Of a stretch of 63,235 nucleotides of DNA, positions 48,350 through 58,848 are shown piece by piece; within the stretch, counting starts at the first letter, position 1; every line of letters begins with the position of its first letter. Below the pieces are notes generated by a model that saw nothing but the letters and a program-made list of their open reading frames with translations, was not told the origin of the DNA and ran no database searches. A program made the position numbers and the translations under genes. This DNA comes from Candidatus Krumholzibacteriia bacterium (GTDB lineage: Bacteria; Krumholzibacteriota; Krumholzibacteriia; WVZY01; JAKEHA01): the NCBI GenBank assembly GCA_036273975.1, contig DASUGO010000103.1:1-63235 (forward strand), written 5' to 3'.

Positions 48350-48378
48350 AGAATACGCGACCGATTCCAGCCCGGCAA
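48350..48378 (-). promoter_or_regulatory. groESL promoter TTGCCG-N17-TATTCT
   Basis: Minus-strand hexamers immediately upstream of CIRCE, which is the classical promoter-operator arrangement. Confidence 0.5.
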
Positions 48379-48437
48379 GTGAAAATATTCGTAAAGACGA
48401 AGAAAGTGATCGCGCCAGACTGTCAGGGTGGCGTGTT

Positions 48438-49193
48438 TTAGGACGATTTCGACAGTTCCGCGATACGGGCAAGTCCGACCAGCGTCACGTGCGGGCGAAA
48501 TTCGAACCGGGCCGGCAGCAACGGGCGGATCCGGCCGGCCGCACCACCCGTCACGACGACCGGTAGCCGGGCCCCCAACCGCCGCTGAAGCATGGCGACC
48601 GCGGCCACGATCCCGCCGGCGGCGCCGAGGCCGGCGCCCCATCGCATCGCGACGTCGGTTGCGTCGATGCGCGCGGGCGGAAATGTGCCGGCCGCGAAGT
48701 CCAGGCGGGGCAGGCGGGCCGTGCCGGCGTGCAGCGCGCCCAGCGACAGCGACGGACCCGCCATGATCACACCGCCGCGAAACGTGCGCCCGGTGACCAG
48801 ATCCACGGTGATCGCGGTGCCGACGTCGACGACGATGACGCCCCGCCGGCGCATCCCGAGCGCACCGACCGCGGCGCAGATGCGGTCGGTCCCCAGCCGT
48901 TCCGGGTGGCGCACCGCGAGGGCGATGGGCAACCGTGTGCGGTGCGTGACGGCCAGCGGTGCCGTGCCGCACGCGCGGCGCAGCGCCGCGGCCACGCGTG
49001 CATCGAGCGCGGGGCGCACCGACACCATCGCCGCGGCGGTCCCCGGCACCATCCGCGCGCGCGCGCGCCGCAGCGTGGCGTCAATATCCTCGGCGCGCGG
49101 CGAACCCGCGAGTGTCGCCGACCACCGCACGTGCCCGCCATGAACCAGCGCCAGCTTGACCGCGCTGTTGCCGATGTCCGCGCACAACGTCAC
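48438..49193 (-). CDS. coaX: type III pantothenate kinase
   Basis: 251 aa; [14 protein letters not shown]...[11 protein letters not shown]. Confidence 0.88.
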   Translation of the reverse strand: MTLCADIGNSAVKLALVHGGHVRWSATLAGSPRAEDIDATLRRARARMVPGTAAAMVSVRPALDARVAAALRRACGTAPLAVTHRTRLPIALAVRHPERLGTDRICAAVGALGMRRRGVIVVDVGTAITVDLVTGRTFRGGVIMAGPSLSLGALHAGTARLPRLDFAAGTFPPARIDATDVAMRWGAGLGAAGGIVAAVAMLQRRLGARLPVVVTGGAAGRIRPLLPARFEFRPHVTLVGLARIAELSKSS

Positions 49194-49999
49194 CCGGTCA
49201 CCTCGACGACCTCATGGTAGAGTTCGACCTCGTGGGCACCACCGGCGAGCCGCACGCGCAGCGCGCCGTCACCCGCGACGCCGAGCACCGTCCCACTGGC
49301 GCGGACACCGTCGCGCTCGAACGCCACCTCGCGCCCCCGCTGCCACAGGCGCGCCTCGTAGGCGCTGACAAGCGGGCCGAAGCCGTCGCGGCGGAAGCGG
49401 TCGTAGTAGGCCTCCACGGTCCCCAGCACGTCGGCGAGAACGAACGCGCGATCCCATTCCGAACCGGTCAGGGTCCGGCACGACACCGCGAGCTCCCGCA
49501 CGCCGGCGGGAAGATCTTCGGGCGTCGAATTCACGTTGAGGCCGATGCCGACCACGACGTAGTCCATCCCGCCGGCGGTCGTCGCCGACTCGGCGAGAAT
49601 GCCGCCCAGCTTGCCATTGGCGGTAACGATGTCGTTCGGCCATTTCACGTACACATCGGCATCCATCAGCTTGGAAAGCGCGACGCTGATCGCGGTGGCC
49701 ACCGCGAGCGTTACCGGCAGCACCGCGCGCGGTTCCGCGGGCGGGCGCAGAATCAGCGAGCACAGCACATCGCGGCCCGGCGCGCTCGTCCACGTGTGCT
49801 CGCGACGTCCGCGGCCGCGGCGCTGGTGGTCGGCCATCACCAGGGTGCCCTCCGGCTCGCCGGCGCGCGCGAGCGCGAGCGCGGCGTCATTGGTCGACTC
49901 GATCGCCGGATAGAAATAGACGCGCCGGCCAAGGCGCGCGGTGGCGAGATAACGGGTCAGATCGGCCGGCAGCGGGCCCACGGGCGCGTCTCCCATCAC
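49190..49999 (-). CDS. birA: biotin-[acetyl-CoA-carboxylase] ligase (no N-terminal HTH domain)
   Basis: 269 aa; GRGRRGREW-like QRRGRGRREHTW and KWPNDIV...GKLGGILAE. Confidence 0.88.
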   Translation of the reverse strand: MMGDAPVGPLPADLTRYLATARLGRRVYFYPAIESTNDAALALARAGEPEGTLVMADHQRRGRGRREHTWTSAPGRDVLCSLILRPPAEPRAVLPVTLAVATAISVALSKLMDADVYVKWPNDIVTANGKLGGILAESATTAGGMDYVVVGIGLNVNSTPEDLPAGVRELAVSCRTLTGSEWDRAFVLADVLGTVEAYYDRFRRDGFGPLVSAYEARLWQRGREVAFERDGVRASGTVLGVAGDGALRVRLAGGAHEVELYHEVVEVTG

Positions 50000-50877
50000 A
50001 GAACTTCCAGACTCATCGATGCCGCCGGCGCCGAGTGCGTCAGCGCGCCCACCGATATGAAGTCCACGCCGCGGAGCGCGAAGGACCGCACCGTGTCCAG
50101 CGTGATTCCGCCGGACACCTCGACCTCGAGACGCTGGTCACGACCGGCTTCCCGCCGCGGTTCGATGGCCACGAGCGCTGCGCCGACCTGGGCGGGTGTA
50201 AAGTTGTCCAGCATCACGCGGTGCACGTGCGCGAGCGCCGGCGACTCCAGCAGCGCGCCCAGGAACGCGGGCGAGTCGACCTCGAGTTCCACGAATTTCG
50301 CCGGCGGCGCATCCGCGATACGGCGCAACACCGCCTGCACACCGCCCACCGCGCGCACATGGTTGTCCTTGATCAGCACCATCGCGTGCAGATCGCGGCG
50401 GTGGTTGCTCGCGCCACCACAGCGAACCGCGTACTTGTCCAACTCTCTCCACAGCGGCGCGGTCTTGCGCGTGTCGAGGATCGTCACCCCGGTGCCTTCC
50501 ACCGCGGCGACGTAACGGCCCGCCAGTGTGGCCACGCCGGACATGCGCTGCACGAAGTTGAGCGCGGTGCGCTCCCCCTGAACGATTGTGCGCGCGGAGC
50601 CGCGCAGCACCACCAGCACCGTGCCATCCACAACACGGTCGCCATCCGCAACGCGCGCGTCGAAGGTCACGCCCGGGTCCAGTTGCCGGAACACCTCACG
50701 CGCCACGCCGATACCGGCCACGCGCAGGTCCTGCGAGCCGCGGATCTCCGCGTCCACCTCGCCGCCGGCGAGATCGAGATATGCAACCGTCGCATCGTCG
50801 CGCGCGGCATCCTCTGCCAGCGCGCGTTCGACGAATGCCGCCACCGACCCCGCGTCCAGCGGTTCCAATCCTGTCAT
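49996..50877 (-). CDS. nadC: nicotinate-nucleotide diphosphorylase (carboxylating)
   Basis: 293 aa; [17 protein letters not shown]...ILDTRKT...IKDNH...SGGIT. Confidence 0.93.
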   Translation of the reverse strand: MTGLEPLDAGSVAAFVERALAEDAARDDATVAYLDLAGGEVDAEIRGSQDLRVAGIGVAREVFRQLDPGVTFDARVADGDRVVDGTVLVVLRGSARTIVQGERTALNFVQRMSGVATLAGRYVAAVEGTGVTILDTRKTAPLWRELDKYAVRCGGASNHRRDLHAMVLIKDNHVRAVGGVQAVLRRIADAPPAKFVELEVDSPAFLGALLESPALAHVHRVMLDNFTPAQVGAALVAIEPRREAGRDQRLEVEVSGGITLDTVRSFALRGVDFISVGALTHSAPAASMSLEVL

Positions 50878-52913
50878 TCCCGCTCCTCCCCGCGCGATTT
50901 CCGCCGCCCGGGCGTGCGCCCGTCGGCCGCGGCGAGTTGCATGCGGATCTCGTCCAGGCGGTCGCGCAGGCTGGCCGCCTTCTCGAAATTCAGGTCCTGC
51001 GCCTCGCGCAGCATCTCGGCCTCGATTGCCGCGGCCACCGCCTCCGACGGCGCGCCCGGCTCGAACAGCACATCGGCCCCGTCGCGCTGGCGCGCGTCGG
51101 CCACCGAGGTCGACAGGCGCACCTCGTCGAGCGACTTGGTGATACCGCGCGGTGTGATGCCGTGCTCCTCATTGTACTCCAGCTGCCGGCGGCGGCGGCG
51201 GTTGGTTTCGTCGATCGCGGCGCGCATCGAGTCGGTGACCTTGTCCGCGTAGAAGATAACCCGCCCCGCCACGTGCCGCGCCGCGCGCCCCGCGGTCTGG
51301 ATCAAGCTGCGTGCGCTGCGCAGGAAGCCCTCCTTGTCCGCGTCGCACACCGCCACCAGCGAGACCTCGGGAAGATCCAGCCCTTCGCGCAGCAGGTTGA
51401 TCCCCACCAGCACGTCGAACTCGCCCAGCCGCAGCCCGCGCAAGATCTTGACGCGCTCCAGCGCGTCGATGTCAGAATGCAGATAGCGCACGCGGACGCC
51501 GAGCGAGAGCAGATAGTCGGTCAACTCCTCGGACATGCGTTTGGTGAGGGTCGTCACCAGCACGCGCTCGCCGCGCCCGGCGCACACGCGAATCTCCTCC
51601 ACGAGGTCGTCGACCTGGCCCTCCACCGGACGCACTTCGATCTGCGGGTCGACGAGGCCCGTCGGCCGGATCACCTGCTCGACCACCTCGCCGCCGGTGC
51701 GTGCCAGCTCCCAGTCCGCCGGCGTCGCGCTCACATACACGTAACGCGGAATCATTCCGTCGAACTCGTCGAACTTCAACGGCCGGTTGTCCAGCGCGGA
51801 CGGCAGTCGAAAGCCGTGCTCGACGAGCGTGAGCTTGCGCGAGCGGTCGCCATTGTACATGCCGCCGATCTGCGGCACGGTGACGTGCGATTCGTCGATC
51901 ACGCACAGAAAATCCGTGGGAAAGAAATCGAGCAGCGTCATCGGCCGCTCGCCCGGCTTGCGCCCCGAGAGGTGGCGCGAGTAGTTCTCGACGCCGCTGC
52001 AGTAGCCGACCTCCTCGAGCATCTCGCAGTCGTACAGCGTGCGCGACTCCAGGCGCGCCGCCTCCGCGCCCTTGCCCAGGCCGCGCAGTTCCACCACGCG
52101 CTCGGCCAGCTCCTCGCGGATCGCTTTCACCGCGCGCTTGACCACCGGTTCGGGGGTGACGAAGTGCTTGGCCGGGAACAGCGTCAGTTCCTCGATGACG
52201 CGCAGGCGCTTGCCCGTCAGCGGATCGGTGATCGACAGCGACTCCACCGTGTCGCCGAAGAACTCGACGCGAATCGCCTCCTCCTCGTACGCGGGCCGGA
52301 TCTCGACCACGTCGCCGCGCACGCGGAAACAGCCGCGCGTAAACGCGGCGTCGTTGCGCTGGTACTGAATGTCGATCAGGCTGCGCAGGAAATCTTCGCG
52401 GTCCAGCGCGTCGCCGGGCCTGAGGCGGATGGTCATCGCACGCACCATCTCCGGCGAACCCAGGCCGTAGATGCATGACACGCTCGAAACCACGATCACG
52501 TCCTGGCGCGTCATGAGTGAACTCGTCGCGCGCACGCGCAGGCGGTCGATATCGTCGTTGATCGACGCGTCCTTCGCGATGTAGGTGTTGGTGCTCGGGA
52601 CGTAGGCCTCGGGCTGATAATAATCGTAGTAGCTGACGAAGTACTCGACGGCGTTGTGCGGGAAGAAACCCTTGAACTCGCCGTAAAGCTGCGCGGCGAG
52701 CGTCTTGTTGTGCGAGATCACCAGCGCCGGCATCCCGGCTTCGGCGATGACGTTGGCGATGGTGAAGGTCTTGCCCGACCCGGTGACGCCGAGCAGCACC
52801 TGGTCGCGCCGCCGTTCACGGATTCCATCGAGCAGCGCCCGGATCGCGTGGGGCTGGTCGCCCGTCGGCTGGTAGTGGGAAACGAGATCGAAACCGCCCG
52901 GCACCCCGTTCAC
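50874..52913 (-). CDS. uvrB: excinuclease ABC subunit B
   Basis: 679 aa; [10 protein letters not shown], the helicase motifs, and a C-terminal UVR domain ([11 protein letters not shown]). Confidence 0.97.
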   Translation of the reverse strand: MNGVPGGFDLVSHYQPTGDQPHAIRALLDGIRERRRDQVLLGVTGSGKTFTIANVIAEAGMPALVISHNKTLAAQLYGEFKGFFPHNAVEYFVSYYDYYQPEAYVPSTNTYIAKDASINDDIDRLRVRATSSLMTRQDVIVVSSVSCIYGLGSPEMVRAMTIRLRPGDALDREDFLRSLIDIQYQRNDAAFTRGCFRVRGDVVEIRPAYEEEAIRVEFFGDTVESLSITDPLTGKRLRVIEELTLFPAKHFVTPEPVVKRAVKAIREELAERVVELRGLGKGAEAARLESRTLYDCEMLEEVGYCSGVENYSRHLSGRKPGERPMTLLDFFPTDFLCVIDESHVTVPQIGGMYNGDRSRKLTLVEHGFRLPSALDNRPLKFDEFDGMIPRYVYVSATPADWELARTGGEVVEQVIRPTGLVDPQIEVRPVEGQVDDLVEEIRVCAGRGERVLVTTLTKRMSEELTDYLLSLGVRVRYLHSDIDALERVKILRGLRLGEFDVLVGINLLREGLDLPEVSLVAVCDADKEGFLRSARSLIQTAGRAARHVAGRVIFYADKVTDSMRAAIDETNRRRRRQLEYNEEHGITPRGITKSLDEVRLSTSVADARQRDGADVLFEPGAPSEAVAAAIEAEMLREAQDLNFEKAASLRDRLDEIRMQLAAADGRTPGRRKSRGEERE

Positions 52914-53380
52914 CCGGCCGTCGGCCCGACCGCCTCAACCGGGGTCACGCTGCCGATCCGCCCACCGGCCGGCTTGCGCCGTTCGCGGATCAGCATGACC
53001 GCCAGCACAACGATCACCGCGATCATCAGCGGCAAAATCAGCGCGCGCACGACGCGCGGCGCACCCAGCTTCTCCACCTTGAGGGATTCTTCGACGTCCC
53101 AGGCCGGGCCGCCAGCGCCCCCTGCGGCCCCCTGCGAGCGCTGGCCGATCATCGCCCACAGCTTGCCACCGTCGAGTCCGAGAAACTCGGCGTAGTTGCG
53201 CAGGAATCCCTTCAGGTAGGTCTCGCTGGGGAACGCGCCGAAATCGTCCTGCTCGAGCGAACGCAGCGTCTGCACCGAGATGCGCGTTTCGCGGTTGACC
53301 TGCTCGATGGAGAGTTTCTTCTCCTCGCGCGCGGTCCGCAACATCTCGCCAACCGTTTTTCCCTGGGTCATCTCTTCCAT
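52910..53380 (-). CDS. RodZ-like HTH (XRE-type) membrane-anchored cytoskeletal protein
   Basis: [38 protein letters not shown]...[15 protein letters not shown], followed by one TM segment. The start is uncertain: ATG at 53380 or GTG at 53401. Confidence 0.7.
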   Translation of the reverse strand: MEEMTQGKTVGEMLRTAREEKKLSIEQVNRETRISVQTLRSLEQDDFGAFPSETYLKGFLRNYAEFLGLDGGKLWAMIGQRSQGAAGGAGGPAWDVEESLKVEKLGAPRVVRALILPLMIAVIVVLAVMLIRERRKPAGGRIGSVTPVEAVGPTAG

Positions 53381-53420
53381 GGTATCGCTACATACTCCCA
53401 CGCGCCGGTTGCGCGGTCAA

Positions 53421-56135
53421 TCAGGTGTCCGCCCCCAGGAGTCCGATCGACTCCTGCAGCCGGGCCAGTTCGGTTTCCAGGCGGGCGCGGCGTTCGCGCT
53501 CCCGCTCCACGACCTCGGGCTTCGCCCGCGTCACGAATGCCTCGTTGGACAGTTTCGCCACGACCGCGGCCAGTTCGCCCTGCGTCTTCTCCCTCTCGCG
53601 ACCGAGGCGCGCGCGTTCGCCCTCGAGGTCGACGACGCCGCGCAGCGGCACCACCACCTCGATGTCGCCCATCGGCGTCGCCGCGTCCCCCTTCTCCTTG
53701 GCCACCTCCGGTCCCGCCTCCAGCGAAGCCGCCCCCGCCAGCCGCACGATGCCGTCGGCCGCGTTGCGAATCAACGCCGCGCGCTCCTCGGGCGCGCGCA
53801 CCCGGACCGGAACCCGCGCCGCCGGCGCCACGTGATAGGCCGCGCGGATGTTGCGCACCGACGTGACGATGTCGCGCATGAGCCGCATACGTTCCTCGGC
53901 CTCCGCGTCCAACGATGTCTCGTTGCCGCGCGGGAATCGATTCTCCATCAGCAGTCCGCTCGCCATCGGCAGCGCGGCCCAGATCTCCTCGCTGACGTAG
54001 GGCATCAGCGGGTGGAGCATGCGGATCGACTCGCCGAGCACGTGCAGCAGCACCGCCAGCACGGTACGCCGGTCACCCTCACCGTACAGACGCACCTTCG
54101 CGAGCTCGAGGTACCAGTCACAGAAGTCGTGCCAGAAGAAGTCGTAGATGCGCGACGCGACGTCGTTGAGCCGCCATTCCTCGTAGCAACGGTTGCTGTC
54201 GGCCGCGCAGCGCGCGAGCGCCGACAGGATCCAGCGATCCTCCCACGCGAGTTCCGGCTCGAACGCCAGCGTGGAACCGAACGCCTCCTGCCACGCGCCG
54301 GCGAACCCGCCGCCGGGCTGGTCGCCGGACTCCTCGCCCGCGGCGGCGCCGAACAGCGGCTCCGCTTCCTTCTCCACCGCACCGAGCACCAGTCGCGACG
54401 CCTGCCACACCTTGTTGGTGAAGTTGCGCCCGACCTCGAGTTTCTCCTCGTCGAAGAACACGTCCTTGCCCGGCGGCGAGAGCATCGACAGCGTGAACCG
54501 GAACGCGTCCGTGCCCCACTTGTCGATGATGTCGAGCGGGTCCGGCGAGTTGCCGAGCGACTTGCTCATCTTGCGGCCGATACCATCGCGCACGATTCCG
54601 GTCAGGAACACGTGCCGGAACGGCACCTCGCCCATGAACTCCAGGGACGCCATGATCATGCGCGCCACCCAGAAGAAGATGATCTCTGAACCGGTGACCA
54701 GGACCGACGTCGGGTGGTACCGCTTGAGGTCGGGTGCGTTTTCGTCGGGCCATCCCATGGGCGAGAACGTCCACAGCCAGGACGAAAACCACGTGTCGAG
54801 CACGTCGTCGTCCTGACGGATACGGCCTCCCCCGCAGCCCCCGCACACCGACGGGTCCTCGCGCGCAACCGTGAAGTGATCGCAGTCGTCGCAGTACCAG
54901 ACCGGTATCCGGTGTCCCCACCACAGCTGGCGCGACACGCACCAGTCGCGGATGTTGGTCATCCAGCTCATGTAGACGTTGCGCCAGCGCGGCGGGTAGA
55001 ACGTGATCTCGTCGTTCTCCACCACGCGCACCGCCGGCTCGGCGAGCGGCTGCATGCGCACGAACCACTGGCGCGAGAGCAGCGGCTCGATCACGGTGCC
55101 ACAGCGGTCGTGGGTTCCCACCGAATGGCGGTAGGGTTCCACCTTGACCAGGTGACCATCGCGCTCGAGTTGCGCGACCACCTGCTTGCGCGCCGCGAAG
55201 CGATCGAGTCCCGCGAACTCAGCACCCGCTTCGGGCGTCATGTGTCCGGTCCGGTCGATCACGACGATCGACGGCAGCGCGTGGCGCCTGCCGATCGCGA
55301 AGTCGTTGGCGTCGTGCGCGGGTGTGACCTTCACAAACCCCGAACCGAATTCCCGGTCGACCACCTCGTCGGCGACGATCGGGAGTTCACGCCCGACGAT
55401 CGGGAGCGTCACCGTCTTCCCCACCAGCGCGCGCTTCGCCGCGTCATCCGGGCTCACCGCGACCGCGGTATCGCCGAGCATCGTCTCCGGGCGGGTGGTC
55501 GCCACGACCACCTCGCCGTGCGCCGACGGGTAGCGGATCCACCACAGGCTGGAATCGCGCTCGTCGTACTGCACCTCCTCGTCGGACAGCGCGGTCTGAC
55601 ACGAGGGACACCAGTTGACGATGTAATCGCCGCGGTAGATGAGCCCCTTTTCGTACAGGCGCACGAACGCCTCGCGCACCGCGCGCGACCGCGGTTCGTC
55701 GAGCGTGAATGCCTCGCGCGTCCAGTCGAACGCACAACCGAGCTGGCGCATCTGTTCCGCGATGCGGGCGTGGTGGTGCTCCTTCCACGTCCACGCGTGC
55801 GCGAGAAACTCCTCGCGCGTCATGTCGGCCCGCGACTTGCCTTCCTTCAGCAGCGCCGCCTCGACCACCTTTTGCGTCGCAATTCCCGCGTGGTCGGTGC
55901 CGGGTATCCACAGCGTGTTGAATCCGGACATCTTCTTCCAGCGAATCAACTGGTCCTGGACGGTGTCGCCGAGGACGTGCCCGACGTGCAGAACGCCGGT
56001 GACGTTGGGCGGGGGCAGAATAATGACGAACGGCTCCCGCGCGGACGCGTCGTCGGGACGGAAGAGGTTCTGCGCTTCCCACGCGCGGTTCCAGCGGGCG
56101 CGGGCGGCGGCAGGGTCGAAGTGCTTTTCAATCAT
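53421..56135 (-). CDS. valS: valine-tRNA ligase
   Basis: 904 aa with the HIGH-type motif PPNVTGVLHVGH, KMSKS, and a C-terminal coiled coil. Confidence 0.97.
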   Translation of the reverse strand: MIEKHFDPAAARARWNRAWEAQNLFRPDDASAREPFVIILPPPNVTGVLHVGHVLGDTVQDQLIRWKKMSGFNTLWIPGTDHAGIATQKVVEAALLKEGKSRADMTREEFLAHAWTWKEHHHARIAEQMRQLGCAFDWTREAFTLDEPRSRAVREAFVRLYEKGLIYRGDYIVNWCPSCQTALSDEEVQYDERDSSLWWIRYPSAHGEVVVATTRPETMLGDTAVAVSPDDAAKRALVGKTVTLPIVGRELPIVADEVVDREFGSGFVKVTPAHDANDFAIGRRHALPSIVVIDRTGHMTPEAGAEFAGLDRFAARKQVVAQLERDGHLVKVEPYRHSVGTHDRCGTVIEPLLSRQWFVRMQPLAEPAVRVVENDEITFYPPRWRNVYMSWMTNIRDWCVSRQLWWGHRIPVWYCDDCDHFTVAREDPSVCGGCGGGRIRQDDDVLDTWFSSWLWTFSPMGWPDENAPDLKRYHPTSVLVTGSEIIFFWVARMIMASLEFMGEVPFRHVFLTGIVRDGIGRKMSKSLGNSPDPLDIIDKWGTDAFRFTLSMLSPPGKDVFFDEEKLEVGRNFTNKVWQASRLVLGAVEKEAEPLFGAAAGEESGDQPGGGFAGAWQEAFGSTLAFEPELAWEDRWILSALARCAADSNRCYEEWRLNDVASRIYDFFWHDFCDWYLELAKVRLYGEGDRRTVLAVLLHVLGESIRMLHPLMPYVSEEIWAALPMASGLLMENRFPRGNETSLDAEAEERMRLMRDIVTSVRNIRAAYHVAPAARVPVRVRAPEERAALIRNAADGIVRLAGAASLEAGPEVAKEKGDAATPMGDIEVVVPLRGVVDLEGERARLGREREKTQGELAAVVAKLSNEAFVTRAKPEVVERERERRARLETELARLQESIGLLGADT

Positions 56136-56173
56136 GGAGTTTGGGTCCGTTCCTTAAGACGATGAGGCAACGG

Positions 56174-56203
56174 AAGATAGCACCCCGGGCGCGCCGCGGT
56201 CAA
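56174..56203 (-). promoter_or_regulatory. possible promoter TTGACC-N18-TATCTT ahead of valS
   Basis: Minus-strand motif in the 124-nt gap upstream of valS. Confidence 0.3.
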
Positions 56204-56259
56204 CCGCCGGACCGGGAACGCGGGCCACAGGACGCGACGAACCGGGTGCGCCCGGCGGT

Positions 56260-57147
56260 TCACTCGGACACGCAGACCAGCGCGATGCGCGCGCGGTCGG
56301 CGCGCACGGCCATCCGCGTGATCGACGCGATCCCGGCACCCGCCGCGTCCAGGACCGGTTCCCACGAGCCGCCGGCCAGCACCCGCGCCGCGTACACCGC
56401 CGCGCCGGACGACGTGAACAGCACGTCGCGGGCCCACGCGGCATCCTGGCCGGTCCCGACCCCGTCCAGCAGCGGGCGGGGGTCCTCCCCGGGCGGGAGC
56501 AGAATGAAACGCCACGAATCATCCGGGTTGTGCACGGTGTAAACGAGGTGGCTGGTCCCGGGCACGCAGCGGATAAAGCGCCCGATGTCGCGCGCGACGA
56601 TGGTTTCCCGCTGCGACGCGACGTCGACAATTCGCAGCGTGTGCGGGTCCCCGACGATGAACAGCGCGAGTGTCGCCCGGTCGATCCACTCGAAGTAACC
56701 GACCGAGTCCACGTCGGCCAGAACCAGCCGCGGATTTCCCCCGTCGCTGTCAAACCGCCACAGGCGCTGGGTGCTGTCCGCCTCCACACGAACGGCGCAG
56801 AACCCGTCCATTCCGAGCGGGAGTGGCGTCGGCGAGTACTCGCTTTCGGGGGTGCGGGTCAGCCGGACGATCGTCCCATCCGCCTCGCGGCGGTAGACGT
56901 CGGTGCCGGTCGAATCCCCCGCGCTGTACAGGAACGCCCCGCCCGAGGGCAGGAAGCAGGGCTGGTTGTCGTAGCCCGGCCGCCGCGTCGCGTTGACCGG
57001 CGTCCCGATCCGGATGCCGGCATCGTCGATGGTGAGGTCCGCGAGCCATATGTCGGTGTCCGGCAGCTGGGCCCTCACCGCCGGCACCCCCGCCGCCAGG
57101 CACAAGAAACCACTCAAAACAACAGACACAAGGAATTGTTTTTGCAT
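56260..57147 (-). CDS. secreted TolB-like beta-propeller protein, uncharacterised
   Basis: 295 aa. Signal peptide FLVSVVLSGFLCLAAGVPAVRA, then DIWLADL...YDNQPCFLPSG...YSPTP repeats. Confidence 0.6.
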   Translation of the reverse strand: MQKQFLVSVVLSGFLCLAAGVPAVRAQLPDTDIWLADLTIDDAGIRIGTPVNATRRPGYDNQPCFLPSGGAFLYSAGDSTGTDVYRREADGTIVRLTRTPESEYSPTPLPLGMDGFCAVRVEADSTQRLWRFDSDGGNPRLVLADVDSVGYFEWIDRATLALFIVGDPHTLRIVDVASQRETIVARDIGRFIRCVPGTSHLVYTVHNPDDSWRFILLPPGEDPRPLLDGVGTGQDAAWARDVLFTSSGAAVYAARVLAGGSWEPVLDAAGAGIASITRMAVRADRARIALVCVSE

Positions 57148-57189
57148 ATGTTACACAGACTCCGGCGGCGGGTTATCCACAGGCAGCCG

Positions 57190-57219
57190 TTGACCGCTCC
57201 CCGGGCGCCGGATTATAAT
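57190..57219 (+). promoter_or_regulatory. sigma-70-type promoter TTGACC-N18-TATAAT
   Basis: A consensus -10 and a near-consensus -35 on the plus strand, about 87 nt upstream of the dehydrogenase ATG. Confidence 0.55.
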
Positions 57220-57305
57220 AGGAGTCCGCCGAAATCCAAATCGGAAAACGGTCTTTCGCCAACAACTTCGTTTCCGCCGCCCCGGGCGCCGGTCGGACGG
57301 ACGAA

Positions 57306-58757
57306 ATGCAGTTCATGCGGTACCTCCCTGTTGTCATTGCGATGATGCTTGCCGGAGCGTTGCCCGTGCGGGCTGAGTACCAGCTCGAACGCGCGTTTCC
57401 GTCCATCACGTTCACCTACCCCACCGACGTGCAATCCCCCGACGACGGCAGCAACCGCATTTTCGTCACCGAGAAAACCGGCATGATCCGTTGCTTTACC
57501 GCCGACTTCAACGCCCAGCCCGGTGACGTGCACGAGTTTCTCAACCTGACCGGGAAGGTGCGCTCCTCGGGCGAGGCCGGCCTGCTGGGGCTCGCGTTTC
57601 ACCCGCAGTACAAGAACAATGGCGTGTTCTTCGTCTATTACGTTTCCAACTTTCCGTACCGCTGCGTGCTGGCGCGTTACCACGTGACTGCCGATCCCAG
57701 CGTCGCGGATCCGGCCAGCGAGGAGATCCTGATCGATCTGCCGCAGGCCACCGTGTTCCATAACGGCGGCCAGATCGCATTCGGCCCGGATGGCCTCCTG
57801 TACATCGGAATCGGCGAGGATCTGTCGGGCCCCGCCGCGCAGGATCTGACTGATTTGCGCGGGTCGATCCTGCGCATCGATGTCGACGTCCCCGGCGGGA
57901 TCGCCATGGCGCCGATGTACGAGGTCCCCGTCGACAACCCGTTCGTCGGGAATACCAGCGGCTACCGGGAGGAAATCTACGCGTACGGTTTCCGCAACCC
58001 GTGGCGTTTCTCGATCGACCACTACAGCGGCGAGCTCTGGGTGGCCGATGTCGGCGAGGATACCTACGAGGAGATCGACCTGGTCACGAAGGGCGGCAAC
58101 TATGGCTGGCCGTACCTCGAGGGCCCCGCGTGCCTCGACGCCATCGCGTGCGCGAGCGAGGGGCCGTTCGCGGACCCGTTCTACTACTACGATCATTCGG
58201 AAGGGATCGCGGTGATCGGCGGTCAGCGCTACTGGGGACGGCACACGCCGGAACTCGCCGGCCTGTATATCTTCGCGGACTACGCCGGCGGCAAGGTGTG
58301 GGCGCTGCGCTACGATGGCGCCGGCACCGCCGAGCGCTTCGACCTGGTGCTGAACGCGCCCACACTGCTGACCTTCGGAACCGGACCCAACCGCGAACTC
58401 TACGTGGCGTCCGTGGACGGATACCTCTACCGGATCGGCCGCACCGTTACCCAGGTTGGTGACCACGGCGCGCCGGCCGGGAACCGGCTGCTCGGCAATT
58501 ATCCCAATCCGTTCAACCCCGCAACGACGATCCGCTACGCCCTCTCGGCTCCGGGGCACGTCGTGATTGAAGTCGTGTCCGTGACCGGCGAGCGCGTCCA
58601 GCGCATCGACGACGGCATGCGGGCGGCCGGTGCCCACGACACGGTGTGGCGCGGCGAAACTTCCCGGGGCGGACGTGCCGCGAGTGGCGTATATTTCTAC
58701 CGGCTCGTCGTCGATGGCCGGTCCTTCGACGCGCGACGGCTGGTCCTGGTCGAGTAG
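57306..58757 (+). CDS. PQQ-dependent (soluble glucose/sorbosone dehydrogenase-type) beta-propeller oxidoreductase fused to a T9SS C-terminal sorting domain
   Basis: 483 aa. Signal peptide, then SGEAGLLGLAFHPQY, HNGGQIAFGPDGLLYIGIGE, NPWRFSID, and WVADVGEDTYEEIDLVTKGGNYGWP. The CTD is listed as a separate feature. Confidence 0.8.
   Translation: MQFMRYLPVVIAMMLAGALPVRAEYQLERAFPSITFTYPTDVQSPDDGSNRIFVTEKTGMIRCFTADFNAQPGDVHEFLNLTGKVRSSGEAGLLGLAFHPQYKNNGVFFVYYVSNFPYRCVLARYHVTADPSVADPASEEILIDLPQATVFHNGGQIAFGPDGLLYIGIGEDLSGPAAQDLTDLRGSILRIDVDVPGGIAMAPMYEVPVDNPFVGNTSGYREEIYAYGFRNPWRFSIDHYSGELWVADVGEDTYEEIDLVTKGGNYGWPYLEGPACLDAIACASEGPFADPFYYYDHSEGIAVIGGQRYWGRHTPELAGLYIFADYAGGKVWALRYDGAGTAERFDLVLNAPTLLTFGTGPNRELYVASVDGYLYRIGRTVTQVGDHGAPAGNRLLGNYPNPFNPATTIRYALSAPGHVVIEVVSVTGERVQRIDDGMRAAGAHDTVWRGETSRGGRAASGVYFYRLVVDGRSFDARRLVLVE
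58488..58754 (+). other. T9SS-type C-terminal sorting domain of the dehydrogenase
   Basis: The last 89 aa read LLGNYPNPFNPATTIRYALSAPGHVVIEVVSVTGERVQRI...GVYFYRLVVDGRSFDARRLVLVE. Confidence 0.75.
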
Positions 58758-58848
58758 CCCGCGAACGCCGCTCCGCGGTTGACACACGCCCGCCAGCCGG
58801 GCCAGAATCCACCCGCCCCCGCTGTAGCGACCACTTCCCCTGCACGAG

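Noticed and set aside
47938-48972. 344-aa ORF spanning groES and upstream sequence
   Set aside because: Only the last 94 aa are GroES, beginning at ATG 48222 with a GGAGG RBS. The upstream part runs through the CIRCE/promoter region and into coaX in a different frame.
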